Assembly (NCBI RefSeq): GCF_009914755.1
Contig: NC_060928.1
DNA from: the human T2T-CHM13v2.0 reference genome, Homo sapiens
Strand: one strand, 5' to 3'
Length of the DNA: 64,000 nucleotides
Shown here: one piece after another, positions 45,700 through 57,464 of the stretch
How positions within the stretch are numbered: position 1 is the stretch's first letter
Layout of the letters: every line of letters begins with the position of its first letter
Notes under the pieces: generated by a model
What the model was told of the DNA's origin: nothing
The model's database searches: none
The model's input: the letters and a program-made list of their open reading frames with translations, nothing else
Made by a program: the position numbers and the translations under genes

Positions 45700-45904
45700 G
45701 ATGATTTCAAAGTAGCTAAAAGAGAGTATTTTAAATGTTCTGACCACAAAGGAATGATAAATATTGGAAGCAATCAATATGTTGATTACTCTGATTTTAT
45801 CATTCTATGGTGTATACACATAAGAAAATATCACTTTTACCCCATAAATATATGCAATTGTTGTTTGTCAATTAAAAGTGAAAACTAAAAAAAAAAAAAA
45901 AAAA
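45700..45904 (+). mobile_element. L1MA-type 3' end with poly(A)
   Basis: agctaaaagagagtattttaaatgttctgaccacaaaggaatgataaat...ccccataaatatatgcaatt..tgtcaattaaaa followed by an A-run. Confidence 0.75.
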
Positions 45905-46649
45905 CAGATGCTGCTTCTCCTTCACTAGCTTGTACGTGAAAGTAGATGAGATGGAAAATGAGAGGAAAAAAGAACTTATGCAAACAAAAGCATAAAAACA
46001 CTACTCAGGAGGATGGAATTTATTTATATAAAATCTTAGGTACCTCAAAAACTTTCAAGTTCGTAACACTCTCTTTATTTTATGAAAGTTACACAAAAGG
46101 GAAAACTGAAAACATCAAAGAAAAGCCCTCAATTCACCTCTCAAGAGTGGTATTTAATTCTCCATTCCAAAATCCATACCAATCAGTCTGTCAATATTAA
46201 TTTGTTGAGTACACACTCTACGCCAAGAATTGTTAAAAACCCAAGGAAAGAGTTCTCCTCAGTAGACCCATGCCCTCCCCAACAATAAATGTACATAAAA
46301 AATTTAAGATAAACTTGAGATGCCAATAATGGCTAAAGAGAATATCAAAAGCACCAATATACGGTAGAGTAATCAGGGTTTCTGCTTTAGCTAGAATGGT
46401 CAGGAAAATCCTTTCTGAGGAAATATAATTTAAATTAACACTCAAATGATGAATATGAACCCCTATTTATTATAAAAGTCCAGAAAAGAATATTCTTACA
46501 GAAGAAAAGCTGATCCAAAAGGCCAGAGGCAGGAAAATTTTAAATTGTTTGAAAGACAAAAAGGCCAGAATGGCCGAATACAGTAAACGAAGTAAGGAGT
46601 TGAGGGGAAATGACATCAGGGAAGTATACTGAAACCAGTTCTTGTAGGA

Positions 46650-46812
46650 CAGTGGCTCTCAAAATGTAGCATCATATGGGAACTGTTAGAAATGCAAACT
46701 TTCAGGCCCCTCTACAGACTTACTGAGTCAGAAAGTCTGTGGTGGTGCCCAGAAATCTGTTTTAGCAAGGCTTCCAGGGGATTCTGATGCCTACTAAGAT
46801 CAGTGGCCTCTC
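46650..46812. mobile_element. MER5A
   Basis: cagtggctctcaaaatgt...ttagaaatgcaaa..agacttactgagtcagaaa..ttccaggggattctgatgc. Confidence 0.8.
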
Positions 46813-46820
46813 GAAGAGAA

Positions 46821-48374
46821 CAGTAATTCTCAACCTAGTTATATATTAGAATCATTTGTAGAGGCATTCAATCTACTTATACTGAGCCTTACCCAAGACC
46901 AAATGAATCTCTGTATCTGGAGATGGGATCTCGATATATACACATATATCAAGATGCTGTACAGGTTTGCAGCCTGGCAGCAATAATATATATAATATTA
47001 TATGTAATACATTATAATATATATATAAAATATTAAATATTATTTATATATTAAATAATATATATTAATATTAAATATAATATATATTAATTAATATATA
47101 TTATTTAATATATTGTATATAATATTAATATATATTAATTAATATATGATATAATTTAATATAATATATATTATATATAATAATACATAATATATAACAT
47201 ATAATATATTATATTAATATATAATATATAATATAAATTATATATAATATATTATATATTATATATATATAATATATATTATAAATATTATATTATATAT
47301 TATATTTATATATAATATATTATATATTATATTTATATATAATATATAATATATTATATTTATATATAATATATTATATATTATATTTATATATAATATA
47401 TAATATATTATATTTATATATAATATATTATATATTATATTTATATATAATATATTATATATAATATAATATTATATATTATATATTATATTATATATAA
47501 TATGTTATATATAACATATTATATATTATGTATTATAATATAATATATATTATATTATATATTAAATTATATTATATATTAAACTAATATATATTTATAT
47601 TATATATTAAATTAACATATGTTATTTTAATATATATATTATATATATTAAATATATATAATATATTTATATTATATATAATATATAATATATAATAACA
47701 TATAATATATAATATAATTATATATTAAATTCATATATGTTAATATAATATATAATATATATTAAATTAATATATAAATATAATATATAATATATATTAA
47801 ATTAACATATATGAATTTAATATATAATATATATTAAATTCATATATGTTAATTTAATATATATTATATATTAAATATATTAATTTAATATATAAATATA
47901 TAAAAATATATATAAATATATATTTATATACAAATATATATTTATATATAAATATATTAATTTAATATATATTAATTTAAAATATATTGATTTAAATATT
48001 AATTTAATATATATTAAATTAATATATATTAATATTAAAATATATATTATATAATATATATTATTATATAATATATTATATATAATATTATATATATTAT
48101 ATAATATATAATATGTATAATATATATTGTATCATATATTATATATTATATATAATATTATACATTATATATTATATATATTATATATTATATATTATAT
48201 AGATTATATATAATATTATATTATACATTATATATTATATATATTATATATTATATAGATTATATATAATATATAATATATAATATTTTATATGATATAT
48301 ATTATATATGCTCTTTAGATATACATATATGCTTTTTAGGTAATTATGATACACAATGTTTATTGCAAACACTG
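46821..48374. mobile_element. MER5B split by the AT-rich tract (pieces ~46821-46935 and ~48330-48374)
   Basis: Start cagtaattctcaacct..attagaatca; end aggtaattatgatacaca..ttgcaaacactg. Confidence 0.55.
46986..48308. repeat. ~1.3-kb almost pure A/T (TA-derived) low-complexity tract with internal palindromes
   Basis: Seen directly; perfect palindromes at 47493-47526 and 47781-47873. Confidence 0.97.
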
Positions 48375-49199
48375 AAATGGAGTCTTAAAAGTCATAGTAA
48401 AATGTTTGGAATTTAATGGGAAGCCACTGAAATCTTGTAAACAGAACATTTTATCAAACTTAGAAATGCCAATGCAGCTTCTATGTGAAGAAGGGGGCAA
48501 TAATTGGCCGAAAACACCAGTCAGGAGGTCATTGTCATATCCAGGGAAAAGATGACAGTGGTTTTGTCCAAAGCTGTAACATTGGAGATATAATAAGTAG
48601 ATTCAAACATATTTCATAGAAAAACCTAAAAATGTATTATGGATTTGATAGGAGATATTTGAGGGAAAAATAAGAAGAGTCTAGGATAATAAGAATCTAG
48701 GTTTTTGGCCTGAGAAATGGTGCCCAACTTTTCTTTTTGGAGGAAAGCATTCAGGTGTGTCTATCAAGGGTTGATCTTTGGCCAGGTTAAATTTAGACAG
48801 CCAAGTGGAGATGCTGAATTGGCCGCAGAATATACATATGATTCTGGAGCTCAGAAGAGAAGTCAGAGCCAAACCCAGACACATACAAATCATCACTGGG
48901 TATTTGAAGCCACAGAATCAGATGAGGTCTCTAGGTTGAGAGTAGACATGCAGGAGAGGGTTGGGTAAAGCACAGAGCTGGTGTAGGAACAGGGTACGTG
49001 GCTGGCTCATGGGAGCCCAAGAAGAGTGATGGTCCTCAGGCTGTTGAAGCGCAGGACAACTGAAGATCTTAGGCTTTCTCTGTTGCCTTGTGGCACAGTT
49101 CTACCCCGTTCATGGAGGCAAAATGGCTTTAGAAACTCACAAGCATTTCTTAATGACTACTGGCCACCAAATAACAGCACCAATATCCACTTCAAAGGT

Positions 49200-49290
49200 C
49201 CGCATTATACCAGGCAATCTTTCCCTGAACCAAATGAGGAAACCAAGGATCAGACACATTAGGTGGCTTGTCTAAGTTCACACAGTTTCT
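49200..49290 (-). mobile_element. MIR core fragment
   Basis: caaatgaggaaaccaaggatcaga..ttaggtggcttgtctaagttcacacag. Confidence 0.6.
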
Positions 49291-49599
49291 GTATGCTGCC
49301 AGAACATAGCCTGGGGAGATGGCACTCATGTGTGCCTACAAAGAACACATAGCTTCCAAGAAAGGGGACTAAAAGAGGGAGTTAAAGTTGTGCAAAGTTA
49401 ATCCAATCTGGGACTGACAGGTACTGAGTCAAACTGGCAGGGATTATGACTGAGCATTGGGAAAGGGCCAGACAGTATTACAGACAAAAAAAAAAAAAAA
49501 GTTGAAATTTCCTACCAGAAAAAGGAAGTCAGCTAGAAAAAACCAGTATCCAGTACCATTGCACACATACAAGAAACAGACAGTAGAGTTTTAGGGTCT

Positions 49600-49780
49600 G
49601 TCAGTAACTGAGAGCATGACAGAAATGCAAACTTTCAGTCCCATCTGCAGACCTACTAAATCAGAAACTCTGAGGTGGAACCCAGAAGTCTGTTTTAATA
49701 AACCCTCCAGGAGATCCTGATGCCCACTAAGGTCAGAAGCCCCTTAGGGAAAACAATGATTTTCAGCCCTATTGCATATT
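49600..49780. mobile_element. MER5A plus the start of MER5B (paralogous to 46688-46847)
   Basis: agaaatgcaaactttcag..agacctactaaatcagaaactctg..ccctccaggagatcctgatgc. Confidence 0.8.
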
Positions 49781-49923
49781 CCTCAAATGCAACACAGGAG
49801 GACTTTCCAGGGAAATGGAAATCATCAATAGAGCTGGCACAACACTCCTATCTTGAAGAAACTTGGTGCTTCCCTAACAGTCCATCTAAGGGACAGTTCC
49901 TTCTGCTCTTAATAATTTAATAT

Positions 49924-49924
<1 letters not shown>

Positions 49925-49955
<31 letters not shown>
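49925..49955. repeat. (CA)15 microsatellite
   Basis: Seen directly. Confidence 0.95.
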
Positions 49956-49957
<2 letters not shown>

Positions 49958-50000
49958 ATAACTTTATATATATCTATCTTTACACTAGTTAATTATAATA

Positions 50001-51018
50001 CAGTCATGTGTTGCTTAATGACTAGGATATGTTCTGAGAAATGCATTAGGTGATTTCATCACTACGTGAACATGATATGGTATACTTACACAACCGTACA
50101 TAGTGTATCCTACTACATACCTACTACATACCTAGGCTGTATGGCACAACATATTGCTCCCAGGCTGCAAACCTACACAGCATGCTACTACACTGAATAT
50201 TATAGGAAACTGTCATAACATAGGAAGTATTTGTGTATCTAAACATATGTGAACATAGAAAAGAAATGGTAAAAATACGGTATAAAAGATTTAAAATGGT
50301 ACACATATATAGGGCACTATATGGAGCTTGCAGGACTGGAAGTTGTTCTGGGCAAGTCAGTGAGTGGTAAGTAAAAGTAAAGGTCTAAGACATTATTGTA
50401 GGCTCCTGTGTAAGCACCACACTTAGGCTACACTAAATTTATTTTAAAAATATTTTTCTTTCTCCAATAATAAATTAACCTTAGCTGACTGTAACTTGTT
50501 ACTTTATAAACTTATAATTTTAAAAAATGATTATTTTATAATTATACTTAGCTTAAAACACAAACACATTGTACATCTGTATAAAAATATATTTTCTTTA
50601 TATACCTATTCTATAAGGCTTGTCTAATTTTAAATTAAAAAAATTGTTTTTGGTTTTTAAACTTTTTTGTTAAAAATGAAGACACGAACATACACATTAC
50701 CTTAGGCCTACACAGAGTCAGATTCATCAATAAAACTGTCTTCCAATTTCACATCTTATCCCACTGGAAGGTCTTCAGAGGCAATAACATGCACGGAGCT
50801 GTCATCTCCTGTTATAACAATGCCTTCTTCTGGAACACCTCCTGAAGGAACTGCCTGAGGCTGTTTTACAGCAGCTTTTTTTTTCTAATAACAGAAGTAC
50901 ACTCTAAAGTAATGATTAAAAAGTGTAGAACAGTAAATAAACTAGTAACAAAGTCATTTATTATCATCAAGTACATAATTGCAGGTGCTATACTTTTGAT
51001 GTGACTGGCAGCGCAGTA
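50001..51018 (+). mobile_element. Tigger3-family (Tigger3b-like) DNA transposon lacking its right terminus
   Basis: TA followed by cagtcatgtgttgcttaatgac..ggatatgttctgagaaatgc; internal ccactggaaggtcttcag..gcaataacatgcacggagctgtcatctcc; similarity stops at gactggcagcgcagta. Confidence 0.88.
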
Positions 51019-51035
51019 CATTTATATGTATACAC

Positions 51036-51195
51036 ATATGCACATATGTATATATACATATATATGTATATGCACATATGTATATATACATATATATGTA
51101 TATGCACATATGTATATATACATATATATGTATATGCACATATGTATATATACATATATATGTATATGCACATATATGCACACATGTATATATAC
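51036..51195. repeat. 32-bp minisatellite of alternating purine-pyrimidine, ~4.3 perfect copies
   Basis: Unit atatgcacatatgtatatatacatatatatgt; gcac recurs at 51040, 51072, 51104, 51136 and 51168. Confidence 0.93.
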
Positions 51196-51544
51196 TTTTT
51201 TCTTTACACTGGTTATTTCCACATCTCATTAGGAGACAAGCTGAAACATCTTCCAAAGCTGTAATAGCAGTTAGGTCCTCTGAAGCCTTCAAGTACACAG
51301 AGCTTATTCAGAATTAGAGGATTAAAAAATACATTTTAAAAAGTAGAAAAAGTGCTATTATAAAGTAACTATATCTCAGCATTTGAAATAGTAAACATTT
51401 ATACATGCAATTTCTTTTGCAGGCCATAATTAATGAGTAATAGTTAATTTGGTGCTTTGATCTCTTCCTCGGCCAGAAGGACACTGTCCATAAAAACAAA
51501 TTAGAAGACAAATTTAGATATTGTCATAGAACATCACAGTCCCC

Positions 51545-51844
51545 GGCTGGGTGCAGGGGCTCACGCCTGTAATCCCAGCAGTTTGGGAGGCCAAGGTGGG
51601 TGGATCGCGAGGTCGAGAGATCGAGACCATCCTGGCTAACACGGTGAAAACCCGTCTCTACTAAAAATACAAAAAATTAGCCGGGCGTGGTGGCGGGTGC
51701 CTGCAGTCCAAGCTACTCAGGAGGCTGAGGCAGGAGAATGGCGTGAACCCGGGCGGCGGAGTTTGCAGTGAGCTGAGATTGCGCCACTGCACTCCAGCAT
51801 GGGCGACAGAGCGAGACTCCGTCTCAAAAAAAAAAAAGAAAAAA
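51545..51844 (+). mobile_element. AluY
   Basis: CpG-rich dimer with gagatcgagaccatcctggctaacacgg and gagaatggcgtgaacc; TSD gaacatcacagtccc at 51529-51543 and 51846-51860. Confidence 0.96.
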
Positions 51845-54084
51845 GGAACATCACAGTCCCAGAAGGAACCTCAAAAACTTAATAGTTAATGATTTCCTAA
51901 TTCTAGCTCCCTAGATCTTAAGGGACCAGTGGAAGCAATAATGAAGATCTGAGAATGAATGTCATTGTTTCATAAGACTGGACAAAATGGTACAGGTCTA
52001 TGAATAAGTTGTTTTATTGGAAAAGGGAATCAACCAGTGTAGAGGAAGAGTAATTTGTACTCATAGTGAACTTTGACCAGAAATTTTGTATGTTTTTATT
52101 TTATTAAAAAGTAGAAAAAGTGATCACTATACAGTTTGGTTTACAAACCATTTTAAATAACGTTCCACAAATGGAACAAAAAGAATCACTGACCTAATTC
52201 AAACTCCTGGTTTTTAAGTATGGAAAAAAGTAGCAACATAGTGCCATGAATACAGCCCATATTTCAAACATTCTCATAGATGAACATGTTCCTAATTTTT
52301 TTTCCAAGCATAACATATAAAAAGAGATCCCTTTCTGAAAATTTTAGATCAATGGTTAGGGTCTAGGACCAAAATGGCTCAAAGAGTCTAGAAAAATATG
52401 GCTCACAGTGAACCAATATGGCTCAATATTAGTGTCTAGAACCAATATGCCACAAAGTCTTCTCTCATTTTTATATGCTAAGTCTAGGTGTGACACCACA
52501 ATTGAAGCCAAGGCTGGAAGTGAGGTGCAGCTGACCAAATAGAGATCTCATGGTGACTTATTTTATCTGGACCCACATCACTATGCTTGGTCTGCTTTCT
52601 TGTCCAGGCAGCCAGTTAATACCATTCTCAGAGCCAGGTATGCAAAATAAAGGACTGTAAGAAGCCAGGAAGTAAAGTGTAAAATATTGGTACACCCTAA
52701 GCAAAGTCAAATATCCTGCAAGCCCAAAGGAAGTATTACCCCAAGAGTCCAATCACTATGTTAAAGGCATCCTGTTTCACTGATAATGCTAAATGAAATG
52801 TTTCCCATTGTGTTTGGGTTGCTAACATTTGTAAATTCTCTCATTAACTACTGTTCTTCATTTTCTCTCAGGCTTCGTACGATCAGCTCAGAAGTTGACT
52901 TTAAGACTGGATCCCATTAGGTTAATGAGACACCCCAGCATCTAACAGTACAGTCCTCTCAATCTATAAATATCTTCTACTTTTAGAGACATCACCAGAC
53001 AGAAGTAGACCTTCCAGAAGTCTCCTACATTTTAAATTGAGGTTGGAAAGTTTTATCAGCTAGTCAGAACCCCAAAGACCTACTTTGATAATGCTATTCA
53101 AGTCTAAAAACTACATTTTCTGGTAATTGGAGCTAGACACCCCTATGCCACTTCTTTCTTCATTCCTTTCAATTGCCTCCACAGAGGGGCAGAAAACACC
53201 CACTCCTTGCTGGATGCTTGTTTTTATCAAAGACTCTAGACCAGAAACCACAAAAAAAGATATAAGGTAGCATATTAAACACCATCACTTAAAAAAAAAG
53301 ACAGCAAAAGAATGAGGTTGGGAAGATTCTGAACAACAGTATAAACTATCTGATGCCATAAAACCCTTTACCTTCTATCCCAAATACATCTCATCCTGAG
53401 ATTCCTAACTTAAAATATTTGACCAAAACAAAAAGCCTGAGACAAATGTTAAAATTGTGACTTACGCCAGGTTAATTCTATTCCAGCTAGGGTTTGAACT
53501 ACATCACACCACTGAAGGAACTGTTTCCTACAGCAGAGGTCATTTTCTATATGGTTATTTGTGACATAGTGCACTACATGGTGGTCAATTGTGTAAAACC
53601 TCATTATCGTAATGACAACAGCAATAAGAAGTCTATCATGGTTATTATATTTTTGTCTCAACTCCGAAGATTCAAATAAGTGGAACAATAACTTTCTATA
53701 TGGTAGAGTTATATATAAATAAGATGGAAAGTAATGGGTTTTTTATCTTTAGAACTCTTCAGGAGAGCAGAGATTAGAGTAACCCTCAGGGAAGATGATG
53801 TTAAAGGAGCCATACATGACGTAGAAAAGGTTATCTTAAAATTACAAGGATTTTCACCAAGGTTCTAATTTTGTGGAAGACTATATTTTCCACAAACTGG
53901 CTCACAGGCCAAATTGGGTTACTGCAGCGTATTTTATTTTGCAAACTTAACCATCATTATTATTAATCACAAAATGCTAAAACAAATCATTGTAAATGGA
54001 AAAAGAAGAGGATTTCAGTAACATTGATTTCCTAAGGGCCAGGCTGTGTGGAAGATGCATTAATGCTCTTGGTAATGCCCTAAT

Positions 54085-54215
54085 CTGATAAGCATTACTT
54101 CCCCATTTTACTGAAGGAAAGAGACCTTAGCAAGGTTAAATAACTTGCTCAAGGTCATGAGGCTGGTAAGTGATAGAACTGGAACTAGAGTCCAAGTTTG
54201 TCTAATTCTAAAACA
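54085..54215 (-). mobile_element. MIR fragment
   Basis: ccccattttactga...ggttaaataacttgctcaaggtca..gctggtaagtgatagaactgg. Confidence 0.7.
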
Positions 54216-57097
54216 ACACTGTGATCAATCCCAACATGAGTCCTTTCCTTTGACCATTTTACAAAAGGCTTGACTTCTGTCATCAACGGTACTTACTTTT
54301 TTAAAAAACTGAACTCTCCCAAAGTATCATAACTCAGAATAATTTGGCCACTATTCGTTTTCATTCATGCTTATTGATTATTCCCACTAAAAAAACCCAA
54401 ATTTAATATATTCCAAACATTTTATAAAATTAAAATGTAACAGGTAATATTGTAAAAAGGTGATAGAATAGGAAGCACCAAGAATTTCCCCACTAAGGCA
54501 ACAATCATACTGGCAGAATCTGTCTGATGATAGGATTTTGGAACTCTGTAGTCTACTGAAGGCTTACCACTTCCAGGGGAAGACTCAAATAATAAATTAC
54601 AGTTAATTTTAGTCAACTTCAGCTCTTAGCACAGTAGCAGTTACCAGTACCCCAACCCTCAGCCCTGTGGCAGGCAGCTGTGCACATATTCCTAGAGCAG
54701 CTTGCATAAAACCTGCAGGAGCAAATGTGGGCAAAAAGGGCCTTGTTCTCCAAATATCTGGGATCCATGCCCTGATCACTGATGCTTCTGATCATGGAGA
54801 TTTAGACAAAGAGTGATAGCCTTTTTTGTTACTCCCTCCATTGTTGCAAATCCCTCCTCATCTGACTGAAATGATTTTTAGGGAATTTAAAGAGATAGCT
54901 TTTTTTTTCATTTTTCTCTTTTTCTCCTTTTGTGAACCAGAGATTGAATACTAGGATAGTCAAAAGCAACTACATATACAAGAAAAATTTGAAAGTCATT
55001 GTGCATGCCCAGGGAAAGGCACAGGCTCAGAAAAGACCTGAGAAGACCTTAAGTTTACAGTTCAGCCTAATCTTCAGAAAAGAGGCAGCCTACAACAACT
55101 ACAAACAAATAAACAACAACAACAACAACAAAGCAAACAGCAAGCACTGAGGAATGGGAGGAAATCTGATTTCCAGAGATACAACACTATTAGGTTCAGA
55201 AGCTCAATTTAAAACCAAATATCACAAGGAGCACAAAGGAACAGAAAAGTATGGTCCATTCAAAGGAAAAGAAAAAAACAATAGATACGGTTCCTAAACA
55301 AGACCTAGTGGCAGTATTAGCAGATCTACCAGACAAATACTTTAAAACAAGTGTCTTAAAGATGTTTAAAGAATTAAGACACACATGGAGAAAGTCAAGA
55401 AAGAGATATAGGTAAAGAAATGAAAATATCAAGAAAGACATAAATTCTAAAAAGAAACCAAAAAGAAAGTCTGGAGTTGAAAAGGAAACTAACTGTACTG
55501 GAAAATTCACTAGAGGAATTCAAAGGCAGATTTGAGCAGGCAGAAAAATTAGTAAACTTGAAGGGAGGACCACGGAAATACCAAGTCTGAGAAAGAAAAA
55601 AGATTGAAGAAAAGTGAACAGAGCCTAAAGGACCTGTGGAACACCATTAAGCAGACCAACATAGATATTGTGGGAGATCCAGAAACAGCAGAGAAAAAGG
55701 AAGAAGCAGAGAAAACATCTAAAGAAATAATAGATGGAAAATTGCCAAATTTGATGAAAGACATAAGTATAAACATCTAAGAAGCTCAATAAGCTTCAAG
55801 TAGCATGAATTCAAAGAGACTCATACCAAAATACATTGTAATTAAATTGCTGAAAGACAAAGACAAAGAGAATTTTTAAAGAAGGAAGAGAGAAGTGATT
55901 CATCACATTACAAGGGATCCTCAAGACAATCAGCAGATTTCTCATCAGAAACTTTTAGATTCCAGAGGCAGTGGACTGATATATTCAGAATAACAAGAAA
56001 AAAAAAAAAGGTACACCAAGGTATGGCAAAAAATCCCTTCAAAATTGAGGGAGAAGTTAAGACATTTCTAGATAAATACAGGCTGAAGGAGTTCATTACC
56101 ACTACACCTTCTGCAATAAATGCCAAAGACTTTTTTTTGGCAGAAGTTGAAAAACCCATCTTAAATTCATATGGTATCTCAAGGGAACCCAAATCACCAA
56201 AACAAACCTGAGAAAAAAAGAAGCATAAAGCTGGAGGACTCACACTTCCTGATAACAAAACTTACTACAAAGCTACAGTAATCAAAATAAAGTTATATTA
56301 GCCTAAAGATAAACATATGCAGCAGTGGAATAGAATAGAAAGTCCAGAAATAAATTGTTGCATATATGGTCAAATGATTTCAGAAAGGGGTGCCAAGACC
56401 ATTCAATTGAGAAAAGACAGTCTTTTCAACAAATGGAGCTTGGAAAACTTGATATCCACATGCCCAAAGCATAAAGCTGGATCCTTACCTAACACCATAT
56501 ACAAAAATTAATACAAAATGGATCAAAGACCTAAATATAAGACATAAAACTAAAAACTCTTGTTAAAAAATATATATATAGGGCAAAAGCTTCACAACAT
56601 TGAATTTTGCAATAGATTTCACATCAAAGGCACAGGAAACAAAAGAAAAAATAAATTGGACTTCATGAAAATAAAAAGATTTTTGTGTATCAAAAGACGC
56701 TATTAACAGAGTAAAAAGGCAACACACAGAATGGAAGAGAACACTTGCAAACCATATATCTGATAAGAGATTAATATCCAGAATATATAAACTCCTAAAA
56801 CTCAACAAAAAACAACCACCAGATTCAAAAATGAGCAAATGACTTCAGTAGACATTTCTCCAAAGAAAATATACAAGTGGCCAACAGGCACACGAAGAGA
56901 TGTTCAACTTCACTAACCATTAGGGAAATGCATCTCAAAACTATAATAAAACACCACCCACCTCCCAACCTTTAGGATGGCTACTATCAGAAAAAAAAAA
57001 AAAAAAAAAAAAACAGAAAATAACAAGTGTTCACAAGAATGTGGAAAAAAATCAAACTCTGTGCACTGTTGATGGGAATGTAAAATGGTATAGCTAC

Positions 57098-57464
57098 TTA
57101 TATGGTCTGGCTGTGTCCCCACCAAAATCTCATCTTGAACTGTAATTCCTACAATTCCCATATGTCATGGGAGGAACCTGGTGGGAGGTGACTGAATTAT
57201 GGGGGTGGGTCTTTCCTGTGCTGTTCTCCTGATAGTGAATTAGTCTCACAAGATCTGATGGTTTTAAACAATGGGAGTTTGCCTGCATAAGCTCTCTCTT
57301 TGCTGCCATCCACTTAAGATGTGACTTGCTCCTCCTTGCCTTCCGCCATGATTGTGAGGCTTCCCCAGCCACATGGAACTGTGAGTCCAATTAAACCTCT
57401 TTCTTTTGTAAATTACCCAGTCTCAGATACATCTGTATCAGCAGCGTGAAAATGGACTAACACA
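57098..57464 (+). mobile_element. THE1 5' LTR (THE1A-like)
   Basis: ttatatggtctggctgtgtcccc...tatcagcagcgtgaaaatggactaacaca, preceded by gctac (57093-57097). Confidence 0.92.

Larger units (their letters stand above)
46180..48960 (-). mobile_element. L2 (pieces ~46180-46645 and ~48380-48960) interrupted by MER5A, MER5B and the AT tract
   Basis: Antisense L2 motifs: tttgttgagtacacactctacgcca, tggtcaggaaaatcctttctgagg, atgggaagccactgaa, agacagccaagtggagatgctgaattggc. Confidence 0.6.

Noticed and set aside
50954-51317. Cluster of Y/I/M/H/C-rich ORFs on both strands
   Set aside because: Translation artefacts of the 32-bp minisatellite, which lacks stop codons.
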